Counted from the first letter of the stretch, positions 17,905-27,127 are shown. The stretch is 34,318 nucleotides of DNA from Candidatus Saccharimonadota bacterium (GCA_007131065.1 SLRF01000049.1:1-34318); one strand, 5' to 3'. A program made the numbers and translations. Notes: generated by a model from the sequence alone, not told the origin.

Positions 17905-20283
17905 TCAGGATATGTCGGAAACATCCAACTCGGCACTGGATCCGGGCTCTATGCTACCCTCTAGTACTCTCTTAGCAACCACATTCTCTACTGTGCGCTG
18001 CATCATCCTACGCATCGGTCGCGCACCTAGGCGTGGATCATATCCTTCATCAACAATATAGTCTATTGCCGCATCACTAAGAGTCACACTTATGCGTTGT
18101 GACTGCAGATTAGCATTCACTTCACCTAGCAACAGAGTGACTACCTCTCTTAATTCTTGTTTATTTAGAGGTCGGAAAAGTACAACCTCATCGAAGCGAT
18201 TCATAAGTTCGGGTCGAAACTGTTGCGAATCTATGAGCTGATCAACAAACGACTCGCTAAAATCTTCGAGGTCTTTGCCTTGCTCGATATTGGACCTTAT
18301 GATGTCCGCACCGGCGTTCGAAGTAGTGATTACTATGGCGTCTTTGAAGCTAACACTTCGTCCATCCTCGTCAGTCAAAGATCCCTCATCCAGCATTTGC
18401 AATAATAAATTCTGCACCTCAGAAGAAGACTTCTCTACCTCATCTAACAATACGACACTGAAAGGAGCCTGCCTGACCCGGCCAAGAAACGAACCGGCAT
18501 TAGCAGACGTAGCTATTAAGCGATCGACACTTCCGGGTTGTGAATATTCACTCATATCGACACGTATAATCTTCTCTTCTCCGCCGTAATACACTCGGGC
18601 AAGAGCTTTGGTCAGCTCGGTCTTACCTACACCGGTAGGTCCTAGAAAAAGAAAACTGCCTACCGGTCGAGTGTTCGTTCTCACACCAGCTCTAGCGCGC
18701 CGTAAAGCATCTGCTACTACACCGACGGCGTAGCTCTGATTGATCATATATTTATGCAGTTGATCCTCGAGATGCAACAAAGTGCTACTCTCTTCCGGTG
18801 TAGCACTAGCTACTTTGACTCCGAGCATATTCTCCACAGTCTTCTGTACTGCCTCTCTATCTACCCAGCCTCCACCGACATTACCGGCAGCTGTTCGAAG
18901 CAGATTTATGGCTTTACCCGGAAACACCTGCTCAGTGATATATCTATCAGCTAGATCGTACGACTCCTTGATAGCGAGATAGCTTATAGTCGACCCTGTC
19001 TCCGCCTCTATCGAAAGTGCTTGATCCTGTAATACTTTCTCTACCGTGCCCCTGTCGGGCTCCTGAACAACTAGCTGGTTCACTTGCGCCGTCACATCAC
19101 TTGCTACACTATCCAGATACTGCCAGTCGGCAGGCCGGAAGGCGAAAAGCATACGCACCCTACCGCTACGCAGAATCTGCAACAAGACATTGGACATATC
19201 TACCGCCCCAGATTCGTTGCTAAAGAAACTATGAGCATCGTCGAAAAACAATATGATATTACCGGCCCGGCGCGCTTCGGCCACTATGTGAAGCAATAAT
19301 GACTCTAAATTGCCCGCTCTCTTCGCTTCGGCAACGATCAAAGAAGCATCGAGTGCAAAAACTTTGTGGTATTGCAGCTTAGTATTGCGGGGGTCTAGCA
19401 ACCTCTCAGCCAGGGCAAATGCTAGCGACGTCTTGCCTGAGCCGGTACCTCCTATCAGTGCGACTGTATTATTGTTCGGCTGTTGCAACGACTGCAACAT
19501 CTGCTCGAGCTGCTCAGAATGTGTCTGTAAATATAAATGTTCGTACGCCCCATGTTCCACCGCCCCACTAAGATCGTGAGCAAATCTATTAATAAGAGGT
19601 GTGTACCCGGCCGCCCAGTCCCGCGCCACTCCTCCGAACGAACGTTTCTGCTGTAACTTCTTCATAATCTTTTCGACCCGGACTTGCCAATGAGCAGCAT
19701 CTACTACATCTTCGCTTGTGAGCTTATTCTCGGCCAACCACTGCTCGGAATCCTCTATGCTAATTACCAGTGCCGGCACTAAGCACCCTATCGTAAGTTC
19801 GCTTAGATTCATCTGTCTCATATAAGACAGTGCTTCTGCCCATATAAACTTGCTGTCTTCTTGTCTATTGCCCAGGGACTGCTCAACGCGATTGCTGTCG
19901 AGGAATAGCCTATTCATTATAAATCCCCTCTGCCATGAGCCTTCCAGGCTACGCCATAGCTCCAATGGCGACTGATTGGAGCGTATACGTCGCAATAACT
20001 CTGCATCCGCTATTTTATCCAATTCTATTGCACCTTCGTTGCTTTTTTCGACAGTTAACTCCTTAAGATATAGAAGCCACCATAAATATAGTTGCAGTAG
20101 TAACAGACCGACCCCCAGGCCTATGTACTTCATATACAAAACGTCGCCCAGCCACCCAGTGACACCGACCGCAATCGCAATCAGTATCAATAATCGCCAA
20201 AATACTATACGTTTGCCACTAAACAAGCCCTTGTATCGAGATGATTGGGCTCTCATGGAGTGCTTATTGAATGTTATCTCCAT
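17905..20283 (-). CDS. membrane-anchored double-AAA+ Clp/Hsp100-like ATPase
   Basis: There are two N-terminal TM helices. D1 Walker A is GGTGSGKT. D2 is FLFLGPTGVGKTELTKALA...VVLLDEVEK. I prefer the ATG at 20283 as the start; it overlaps the upstream ORF stop in ATGGAGATAA. The ORF-track start at 20340 is the alternative. Confidence 0.85.
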   Translation of the reverse strand: MEITFNKHSMRAQSSRYKGLFSGKRIVFWRLLILIAIAVGVTGWLGDVLYMKYIGLGVGLLLLQLYLWWLLYLKELTVEKSNEGAIELDKIADAELLRRIRSNQSPLELWRSLEGSWQRGFIMNRLFLDSNRVEQSLGNRQEDSKFIWAEALSYMRQMNLSELTIGCLVPALVISIEDSEQWLAENKLTSEDVVDAAHWQVRVEKIMKKLQQKRSFGGVARDWAAGYTPLINRFAHDLSGAVEHGAYEHLYLQTHSEQLEQMLQSLQQPNNNTVALIGGTGSGKTSLAFALAERLLDPRNTKLQYHKVFALDASLIVAEAKRAGNLESLLLHIVAEARRAGNIILFFDDAHSFFSNESGAVDMSNVLLQILRSGRVRMLFAFRPADWQYLDSVASDVTAQVNQLVVQEPDRGTVEKVLQDQALSIEAETGSTISYLAIKESYDLADRYITEQVFPGKAINLLRTAAGNVGGGWVDREAVQKTVENMLGVKVASATPEESSTLLHLEDQLHKYMINQSYAVGVVADALRRARAGVRTNTRPVGSFLFLGPTGVGKTELTKALARVYYGGEEKIIRVDMSEYSQPGSVDRLIATSANAGSFLGRVRQAPFSVVLLDEVEKSSSEVQNLLLQMLDEGSLTDEDGRSVSFKDAIVITTSNAGADIIRSNIEQGKDLEDFSESFVDQLIDSQQFRPELMNRFDEVVLFRPLNKQELREVVTLLLGEVNANLQSQRISVTLSDAAIDYIVDEGYDPRLGARPMRRMMQRTVENVVAKRVLEGSIEPGSSAELDVSDIS

Positions 20284-20651
20284 ATTCCCGCCAATCCTAA
20301 GATCAAAAATACAACACTGGCTAGCGGTATAAAATACCACGCTAACAACAACGACATCCCCAGCACTGTAGTTACCGACAATGCTACAAGAGCTATTAGG
20401 AGAGTGATTGAACGGATTAAGAAGCCTAGGAAGCGCGATATCTGATTACCTATCCACCATTGCAGCCTCACTTGCAGAGGTGTATTGGGGCCAGGAATAT
20501 TCACTGTTTGCTTCCAGGGGGAGAACAGAGTTCTTAGTAATACTTTCACTGAAAAGCCTTCTGCTTGCCGGCGCAAAAGGTTAAGAAGCCACGAAAAAGC
20601 TGACCCTAAACCGCGGAGATACCACCACTGCCAAACTCTGAACATTAACAT
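20274..20651 (-). CDS. hypothetical small polytopic membrane protein (125 aa)
   Basis: This is a hydrophobic ORF that overlaps the Clp-like gene start by 10 nt. Confidence 0.55.
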   Translation of the reverse strand: MLMFRVWQWWYLRGLGSAFSWLLNLLRRQAEGFSVKVLLRTLFSPWKQTVNIPGPNTPLQVRLQWWIGNQISRFLGFLIRSITLLIALVALSVTTVLGMSLLLAWYFIPLASVVFLILGLAGIWR

Positions 20652-20693
20652 GTTTCCATTTTAGCAGGTGCAAGCGGTATCTACGAAAGATAT

Positions 20694-21191
20694 TTAGCTA
20701 ATCAGCATGCGCAGTAGCTTACTACGTTTACGCCTGGTACTTAATACCGGCTTTCTGTGTGCTGTATAGCGCTTAGATATAAACGAAGGCCAATTCTTGT
20801 GCAACCACTGTTGCTGCTGTTCGTATAGGTTCTCTAGTCCTCTCTCAGCAAATTCTCGTCTTACTACGCCTCCTGCATGGGGGTATTGGTGTTTTCTATC
20901 CTTAGATCCTGAATTAAAACCGTGCGCATAGTGACACAGTTCATGCACTATGACTGAACGAATTAGAAATTCAGGAACCTCCTCATCCCTAAACCACCCA
21001 TTAACTCTCACGATAGACTGGCCAGGATTATTCCTATCGACACTGATCGAACCCAGTCTTCGTTTAGCTCTGCGCCCGAATTCGACCCGTATGTGATTCA
21101 CTCTTTTTACGTCACTGAAGTGCTCGTTCCAGGTTGACTGAAATATATCCTCAAGCCACTCTTGGTCGCGTTGATTTACTGTCTGATTCAT
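20694..21191 (-). CDS. SprT/DUF45-like zinc metallopeptidase (HExxH)
   Basis: This is a 165-aa ORF with VIVHELCHYAHGF and a basic C-terminal tail. Confidence 0.7.
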   Translation of the reverse strand: MNQTVNQRDQEWLEDIFQSTWNEHFSDVKRVNHIRVEFGRRAKRRLGSISVDRNNPGQSIVRVNGWFRDEEVPEFLIRSVIVHELCHYAHGFNSGSKDRKHQYPHAGGVVRREFAERGLENLYEQQQQWLHKNWPSFISKRYTAHRKPVLSTRRKRSKLLRMLIS

Positions 21192-21206
21192 AATGATTAT
21201 TCTACA

Positions 21207-21224
21207 CTATCCATATATGGATAG
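21207..21224. promoter_or_regulatory. perfect 18-nt palindrome, candidate operator
   Basis: The sequence is CTATCCATATATGGATAG. On the minus strand it sits directly 5' of TAGAAT-7nt-ATG of the SprT-like gene. Confidence 0.4.
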
Positions 21225-21308
21225 TCGTAACTCATTCGAAAACTACGATTGAGTTGTATGTAGATTTCTACTATATAACAGGGTGTTTGTTGTGCTAATA
21301 TCAACGAT

Positions 21309-22913
21309 TTACATAGACTCAAGCGGTTCTATGCCGATAATTTCGAAATAATTTTCGAACATTTTCTTTATCTTTTCTAACATGTAAAGCTTTTGAGCAG
21401 CATCATTTTGGGGTAGGTCGAGTACATGAATTTCTTCATACCATTCGTGAAAAAGCCGCGCGAATTCTTGTCCGTAGAACGTAAGTTTATGCACTTCGTA
21501 TGTACGGCTCACAGTATCAAGCAGGTCCGGCAACAATGCGATTTGCTTTATCATTTCTTTCTCGATGGGTGCGATAGTAGTCATTTCAGAAGCACTATTA
21601 ATTTCACGCTCCCGGGCTTGACGTAAAATCGCATTCAGTCGCACGTAAGCATACATCACGTACCAGAATGGATTTTTCTGACTCTGCTCTTCTGCTAAAT
21701 CTAGGTCGAAATCCATATGGGTATCGCTACTACGCATAAGCATGAACCAACGCGCAACATCGGCGCCAACCCTATCGATTAACTCTCCAACGGTTACATA
21801 CTGCCCCGATCGTTTGCTCATCTTAAATTCTTGTCCGTTTTTGATGAGGCGCAGTTGTTGATGTGTTACCATTTCTAATTTTTTATCCGGATACAGTAGT
21901 GAAATCACTGCCCTAACTGAAGGAAACTGAGCCACATGATCCGGTCCTAGTTCTTTAATGGCTCGATCGAATCGACGTTGAGAAAAAATATTCACATGAT
22001 AAGCCACATCAGGTGCAAAATAGGACGGATCGCCATTGCTCTTGATGAACACTCTCTCTCTTCTTGGGTCTCCACCACGCTCAGTATTAAGCCACTGTGC
22101 ACCGTCCCGCTCGAATAGTAAGCCTTTCTCTCGCAATATGTCCATCGTAGCATCGAACGACCCATCCTCTATTAAGGAGGTTTCATTAAACCACTCATCG
22201 AACTCTATATTCATCTTCTTTATATCTGGCTGGATATATTCGGTAAAGATAGTTTTCGTAAGAAGTTTCTTAAGGGTGGCATCATCTTCCGTAGTAAGCT
22301 TCTCTTTGAAGTCTTGAGCAAGCTTACTTATATACTCCCCACTATACTGACGGTCCTCAACTTCTAGGAGGCCAGCTTCCACTTTTACTGATTCGAGCAA
22401 CTTGCTTACTTGTGTGCCAGCATCATTAAAATAATATTCACGAGTCACATCGTAACCCTGTGTGTCTAATACATTACTTAGTACGTCCCCTATGAAGCCG
22501 CCCCGAGCGTTACCGAGTGTAAGAGGTCCGGTCGGGTTTGCCGATATGAACTCTACCTGCACTTTCTCGCTTTGTTCCGGTGATTCATGATATCCAAAGT
22601 CGTCTGATAGATTAGACATGAACTGTAACCAATAATCGTCACTTAGAGTTATATTGATAAATCCCGGACCAGCTACTTCCGCTTCTGCCACCTCTTTAAT
22701 ATTGCTCAAATACTCCGCCAGCTCTTTTGCAATATCCCGAGGTGCTCGTTGAAGCTCTTTTTGCAACTGCAGGGCGGCATTACTCTGAAAGTCCCCAAAA
22801 CGTCTATCAGTAGACTCCACTGTCGCCTCGGCATCTATCGCAAACAACTCTTTTATGCCACTTGCGAGAACTGCACTCAAGTATGAACTGGGGTGGTTAT
22901 ATTTTGACTTCAT
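21309..22913 (-). CDS. argS: arginine--tRNA ligase (HIGH motif replaced by TLGN)
   Basis: This 534-aa ORF has ..EFISANPTGPLTLGNARGG.., a KMSKRSGQ motif and a DALR-type anticodon-binding C-terminus. Confidence 0.93.
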   Translation of the reverse strand: MKSKYNHPSSYLSAVLASGIKELFAIDAEATVESTDRRFGDFQSNAALQLQKELQRAPRDIAKELAEYLSNIKEVAEAEVAGPGFINITLSDDYWLQFMSNLSDDFGYHESPEQSEKVQVEFISANPTGPLTLGNARGGFIGDVLSNVLDTQGYDVTREYYFNDAGTQVSKLLESVKVEAGLLEVEDRQYSGEYISKLAQDFKEKLTTEDDATLKKLLTKTIFTEYIQPDIKKMNIEFDEWFNETSLIEDGSFDATMDILREKGLLFERDGAQWLNTERGGDPRRERVFIKSNGDPSYFAPDVAYHVNIFSQRRFDRAIKELGPDHVAQFPSVRAVISLLYPDKKLEMVTHQQLRLIKNGQEFKMSKRSGQYVTVGELIDRVGADVARWFMLMRSSDTHMDFDLDLAEEQSQKNPFWYVMYAYVRLNAILRQAREREINSASEMTTIAPIEKEMIKQIALLPDLLDTVSRTYEVHKLTFYGQEFARLFHEWYEEIHVLDLPQNDAAQKLYMLEKIKKMFENYFEIIGIEPLESM

Positions 22914-23076
22914 CGTTTTTCATTATACGCACCTTCACAGGTATAATCGAACACATAAGGGCCTCTTTAGGCGTGCAAGGATGAAGTATAATGAAGCACA
23001 CTATGCTTAGTTACGAACTTAAACTACCTATTACAGGTGACAATCCACCCGTCTACAACTCGGTGAGGCAAACTAC

Positions 23077-23511
23077 ATGAAAATCGTAGCCAAAAACAAG
23101 CGAGCTCGTTTCGACTACGACATAGAAAGCAGCGTAGAAGCCGGACTGGTATTAAAAGGCACGGAGGTTAAAAGCGTCAAGGACGGAGCAGTAAGTCTCA
23201 AAGGCTCCTACGTTCGCTTCGTAGGCGGCAGGCCAGTACTAACCGGAGCGCACATATCACACTACAAACCAGCTTCTAAGCAACACGACGCGGAACGAGA
23301 TCGCAGTATCCTATTGCACAAAAGCGAAATCGACAAATTGTTTGCGGCCCGACAAAACGGACGCTTCATAATTCCATTGGCAATTGGCATAGTGCGCGGT
23401 CTAGTAAAGCTCGAAATAGGAATCGGCACGTCACGCAAACAACACGACAAACGCGAGCACATCAAACGACGAGACAGTAAGCGCCAAATTCAACGCCGCT
23501 TGAAACGCTAG
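23077..23511 (+). CDS. smpB: SsrA-binding protein
   Basis: This 144-aa ORF reads KNKRARFDYDIE..GLVLKGTEVKS.. with a basic C-terminal tail. Confidence 0.95.
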   Translation: MKIVAKNKRARFDYDIESSVEAGLVLKGTEVKSVKDGAVSLKGSYVRFVGGRPVLTGAHISHYKPASKQHDAERDRSILLHKSEIDKLFAARQNGRFIIPLAIGIVRGLVKLEIGIGTSRKQHDKREHIKRRDSKRQIQRRLKR

Positions 23512-23535
23512 GCGTTGATTCAGTAAAAAATATTG

Positions 23536-23564
23536 TTGACACTAGCATAAGAGTTGTATATCTT
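23536..23564 (+). promoter_or_regulatory. candidate sigma70 promoter
   Basis: TTGACA (23536-23541), a 17-nt spacer, then TATCTT (23559-23564). Confidence 0.45.
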
Positions 23565-23570
23565 AGGTAT

Positions 23571-23747
23571 AAGCACTTTGAATAACTAAAGTGCTCAAAA
23601 ATAAAAACGTAAAATAAAGCTCCCTAAGCAACGGCTTCACCAAGCCGTTGCTTACCTAAAACCAACATAGCTAAAACAACAACCAACAACCACAAAACAC
23701 ACCAAATAAGATAACTCCGGAACTTTCCGGAGTTATCTTATTTTTAT
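23571..23747 (+). ncRNA. candidate sRNA or long 5' leader (two hairpins, CA-rich tract, terminator)
   Basis: No ATG occurs between about 23565 and 23745. There is an 8-bp hairpin AGCACTTT/AAAGTGCT and a perfect 13-bp hairpin TAAGCAACGGCTT-cacc-AAGCCGTTGCTTA. A ~55-nt G-poor tract (AACAACAACCAACAACCACAAAACACACC) follows, then an intrinsic terminator. Confidence 0.35.
23708..23747 (+). terminator. intrinsic terminator
   Basis: There is a perfect 13-bp stem AAGATAACTCCGG-aacttt-CCGGAGTTATCTT followed by ATTTTTAT. Confidence 0.8.
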
Positions 23748-23802
23748 GCCTAGAGCCATCACACTTATGGTATTTGTGCGGCAAATCATCTACCATAAAT
23801 GC

Positions 23803-25464
23803 ATGAGCATGACGAACGAAAAGTTGCGAGACAAGGAAGAACAAATAGCTAAAGACCGAGCTACATTGCTACGTGTCAGCTACACAGACACTCGCAATAT
23901 TCCCGAAGAATCATTCTTTCCCGACATTATGGATATCGATGCAATCGATAAATACCGCATCGTTCCCGTAGCTCAAAATGTACAGGACATTCAATTAGGC
24001 TTCAGCTTGGAAACCCCGCAAACAAGCTTGGAGGAGGTCCAGAAATTATTCCCGGAATTCCGAGTTTTTTTTACCTATATATCTCAATCTGGATATAACG
24101 AATTACGGGAACGATACTACCGGCACGCACACCGCAACGACCCGAAGCCCCCTAGCCCTAAAGAGATGGCCGACCAGCTTGCAGGGCAGATACTGGATGT
24201 TAATGAAAAAATAAAACAAAACACCGAGATAAATCTATTTGATGAAGCACTTCAAGATGCCCATCAGAGTGAATTATTTAAATTCCTAGCCCAGCAAGCC
24301 TTCCTACTCGACTCTTCAGATATACATATAGAGCCGGAGCAGGAAGGCGCCCGTATTCGTTTCCGTATAGACGGCAGGCTTCATGTGGTAGGCAGGCTGG
24401 AAAAAGAGCGATATAAGATACTGTTAAACGAGATCCAGATGAAGGCAAAAGTACGCTGGAATGCCGACTACCCGCAGACAGGTAGCACAACTATAGCCTT
24501 GATAAACCACGACAAAGCAAGCACCGAAGTAAATATGCGTGTAGAAACAGTGCCTGCTATTCATGGTAGCGACATAGTCATCCGCTTGTTCAATATGCAG
24601 GAAGAGTACCTAGATCTTAATAATCTAGGTCTGAACGACAAGCAGCACCAAGTGGTAAGCGACATCATATCCAGGCCCTATGGACTAGTTCTTACTGTCG
24701 GACCTACAGGGTCGGGGAAGAGCTCTACTCTATACTCGATAATAAAAGAGCTGAACTCCAATGAGGTCAAAATCGTCACCCTGGAAGACCCTGTCGAATA
24801 TGAGATATCGGGTATTACGCAGATACCTGTGGTCACTGACGACCGAGAGAAAGACACTGACGATGCTTTTATGAGCCGTCTGCGTGCCGTCCTGCGCGAA
24901 GACCCGGATATTATCATGGTAGGAGAGATTCGAGATGAGGAGACAGCCCGTACAGCCTTACAGGCATCTCTCACCGGTCATCTAGTACTATCAACCTTCC
25001 ACGCTACCAACGGTGCGGCCGCTGTAAGCCGCCTACTCGACCTAATAGACTATAACCCCCTACTCGCATCAGCTATCCGATTAATCATGCCCCAGCGGCT
25101 CGTCAGACGGTTATGCGAACACTGCAAAGAGGCGTACACACCGGACCAGCGCCTTGCGTCTACAATAACCCAAGCCCTGCAAGGCTTAACCGAGCAACCA
25201 CAAGAACTTACTCTGTACAGGGCTGTCGGGTGTGATCAGTGCCACAATATTGGCTACAAAGGAAGGATATGCGTACTCGAGCAGTTTCAAGTAAGTCAAG
25301 ATATGAACGATGAAATCGCGAGCAATGAAAGTATTACCGCCCACAGACTACAAGAACTTGCCGTTATGGACGGCATGGTGACCATGCTACAAGATGGAAT
25401 CCTAAAAGCACTAGCCGGACACACCTCTATAGAAGAGGTTTTCAGAGTCATAGAGCTACGATAA
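23803..25464 (+). CDS. GspE/PilB-family type II/IV secretion (type IV pilus assembly) ATPase
   Basis: Walker A is GPTGSGKS, with Asp/His boxes and a tetracysteine motif (CEHC...CDQC). I prefer the ATG at 23803 or 23809, because the ORF-track start at 23746 lies inside the upstream terminator U-tract. Confidence 0.9.
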   Translation: MSMTNEKLRDKEEQIAKDRATLLRVSYTDTRNIPEESFFPDIMDIDAIDKYRIVPVAQNVQDIQLGFSLETPQTSLEEVQKLFPEFRVFFTYISQSGYNELRERYYRHAHRNDPKPPSPKEMADQLAGQILDVNEKIKQNTEINLFDEALQDAHQSELFKFLAQQAFLLDSSDIHIEPEQEGARIRFRIDGRLHVVGRLEKERYKILLNEIQMKAKVRWNADYPQTGSTTIALINHDKASTEVNMRVETVPAIHGSDIVIRLFNMQEEYLDLNNLGLNDKQHQVVSDIISRPYGLVLTVGPTGSGKSSTLYSIIKELNSNEVKIVTLEDPVEYEISGITQIPVVTDDREKDTDDAFMSRLRAVLREDPDIIMVGEIRDEETARTALQASLTGHLVLSTFHATNGAAAVSRLLDLIDYNPLLASAIRLIMPQRLVRRLCEHCKEAYTPDQRLASTITQALQGLTEQPQELTLYRAVGCDQCHNIGYKGRICVLEQFQVSQDMNDEIASNESITAHRLQELAVMDGMVTMLQDGILKALAGHTSIEEVFRVIELR

Positions 25465-26721
25465 AGACTGTCGATACTCCCTGGCTAATACAGAGAAGAC
25501 TGCATTAGTCCAGGCATACCCTTTTTCTGTCGGATACAGTCCCTCTTTGGGCTCGGAAGATATATCTACTACATTGTATTTGTCGAAGAAGTCCCCCTTG
25601 CGCATAAACGAATCCAGATTAGTCTTAAGCCAGCGACGAGCCACTCGCTCCGCTATAGATTCATAGCCATATTTGGCTAGACCCTCTATAACTACTAGGT
25701 GTAGAGGCGCTAAACCGTTTGGATAACTCCATTGTGCAGGTTGGTGCTCAGAGACTGCCGGATACTCAAGTGCTGGCACTAGACCGCCGTTATATTCGAA
25801 TTTGTCTATATGCTCAGCCATACGAGCCGCCTGTTCTTCGCTAGCCAATCCGGTCCATAGACTATAGTAACTAGCTAGCGACCAAACGTTTGAGCTACGA
25901 CCGGTGCAATAGTTGTAATCAAAATAAAAGCCGGCATTCTGATTCCATAAATATGTGTCTATCGCCTCTTTTCTCTCTTTAGCAGCTTTCTGCCACTCCT
26001 GCGCTTCTTTGGGTTTGCCCGATATAAGTGCCGATCGCATAAAGTCCATCTCGCACTTATAGAGCAATGAGTTTAAATCTATCGGTATATGTTGAAGAGC
26101 CTTACCACTAAAGCGAGTCGTGTATTCCCAGCCAGACTCACATTCAGCAAGAGCATCCAGCTCATTGACATCATAATGACGGCTCAATCCTTTGAATACC
26201 TCTCGCCAGTGCGGGTGTCTGCTTCCTCTCCATACACTTCTGTACTCCTCTTTTGCAAGCTCCATACGCGGTGCCAGCCACTCTTTATTGCCTCCCCAGT
26301 CGTATAGATCCATTAGTAGTGATGTCAGCATTGGCGGATGTGAACGGGAGGTCGCATGGAAGCGATTGGCCGCAGGCACTACACCGAAGCGCCGTAACAA
26401 ATGAAGCAGATTATCTGCCTGTTCATACGCCTGATCTTCACGTTTTGTTCCTAGTAAGCCACGGACTATGAAGTATGTATCCCAGTAATGGATTTCGTCC
26501 TGCTTGATACTATTACTTCCACTTGTGCTTGGAGCAAAGTATGGATGAGGCAAACCTATCAAGGTGTCCTTATCTTCCGAATTGGACCTCTCCAACTCTC
26601 CCCATCGCGCCTCTATAAAGCCAAGTGCAGCTTCGATATTCTCAGACTTCAGTGCAGGCGGTGGTAGCACCACATCAGACGCATCTGTATTCTTGTGTGT
26701 AGTCTTTTTACTCACCCTCAC
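25456..26721 (-). CDS. GH37-family trehalase
   Basis: This 421-aa ORF has HYWDTYF, SHPPML, ESGWEYTTRF, PIDLNSLLY, QWSYPNGLAPL and GYAWTNAV blocks, which match my recollection of TreA-type trehalases. The start is GTG. The 3' end overlaps the PilB-like gene by 9 nt in convergent orientation. Confidence 0.85.
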   Translation of the reverse strand: MRVSKKTTHKNTDASDVVLPPPALKSENIEAALGFIEARWGELERSNSEDKDTLIGLPHPYFAPSTSGSNSIKQDEIHYWDTYFIVRGLLGTKREDQAYEQADNLLHLLRRFGVVPAANRFHATSRSHPPMLTSLLMDLYDWGGNKEWLAPRMELAKEEYRSVWRGSRHPHWREVFKGLSRHYDVNELDALAECESGWEYTTRFSGKALQHIPIDLNSLLYKCEMDFMRSALISGKPKEAQEWQKAAKERKEAIDTYLWNQNAGFYFDYNYCTGRSSNVWSLASYYSLWTGLASEEQAARMAEHIDKFEYNGGLVPALEYPAVSEHQPAQWSYPNGLAPLHLVVIEGLAKYGYESIAERVARRWLKTNLDSFMRKGDFFDKYNVVDISSEPKEGLYPTEKGYAWTNAVFSVLAREYRQSLS

Positions 26722-26783
26722 CTCTATTCTCTTTCACTAGTAATACTATAGCGCTTGTGGTTTGAGTGTGCAAAAGACAAATA

Positions 26784-27084
26784 AGCTGCGGGGAGTCGTT
26801 TCTCTTTCTGCTCGCTCCTGATTCGCTACGCTCATGTCGCTCGGCTAAACAAGGTATTCATAAAGCCAAGACTTTGGCTTTATGCCCTCTCGGGTGCGAT
26901 TCCCCGCTTTAATCCAAGCCACGAAAAAACCCAAGGACTGGCCTTGGGTGTTTTCGTGGTGGAGCTGCGGGGAATATTTAAAGATATAATCTTCAAGCTT
27001 TCTCGAAGCAAGCTCCTGCGAGAGCTTTTGATTATCTGCACCCCGTCGCTTCGCGACTTATCGGGGTGCGATTCGATCGTAATT
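26784..27084. repeat. degenerate tmRNA 3'-end fragments (integration scars) with a duplicated terminator hairpin
   Basis: Positions 26957-26975 are a 19/19 copy of the ssrA 3' end (27128-27146). Positions 26784-26794 are an 11-nt core copy. Inverted T-arm copies lie at 26892-26907 and 27062-27074. A second terminator-like hairpin lies at 26930-26948. Confidence 0.75.
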
Positions 27085-27118
27085 CAAACCAAAGAAAACA
27101 CCCGACCTTTCGGTCGGG
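27085..27118 (-). terminator. ssrA intrinsic terminator
   Basis: The minus strand reads CCCGACC-GAAA-GGTCGGG followed by TGTTTTCTTTGGTTTG, starting 9 nt after the CCA end. Confidence 0.75.
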
Positions 27119-27127
27119 CACTTTCTT

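Noticed and set aside
23746-23802. N-terminal extension of the PilB-like ATPase; likewise 28454-28600 for ComM, 20284-20340 for the Clp-like gene and 30455-30514 for DUF4446
   Set aside because: The extensions run through a terminator U-tract, through the upstream gene in another frame, or through a promoter. They add non-homologous residues, and internal ATGs give canonical N-termini.
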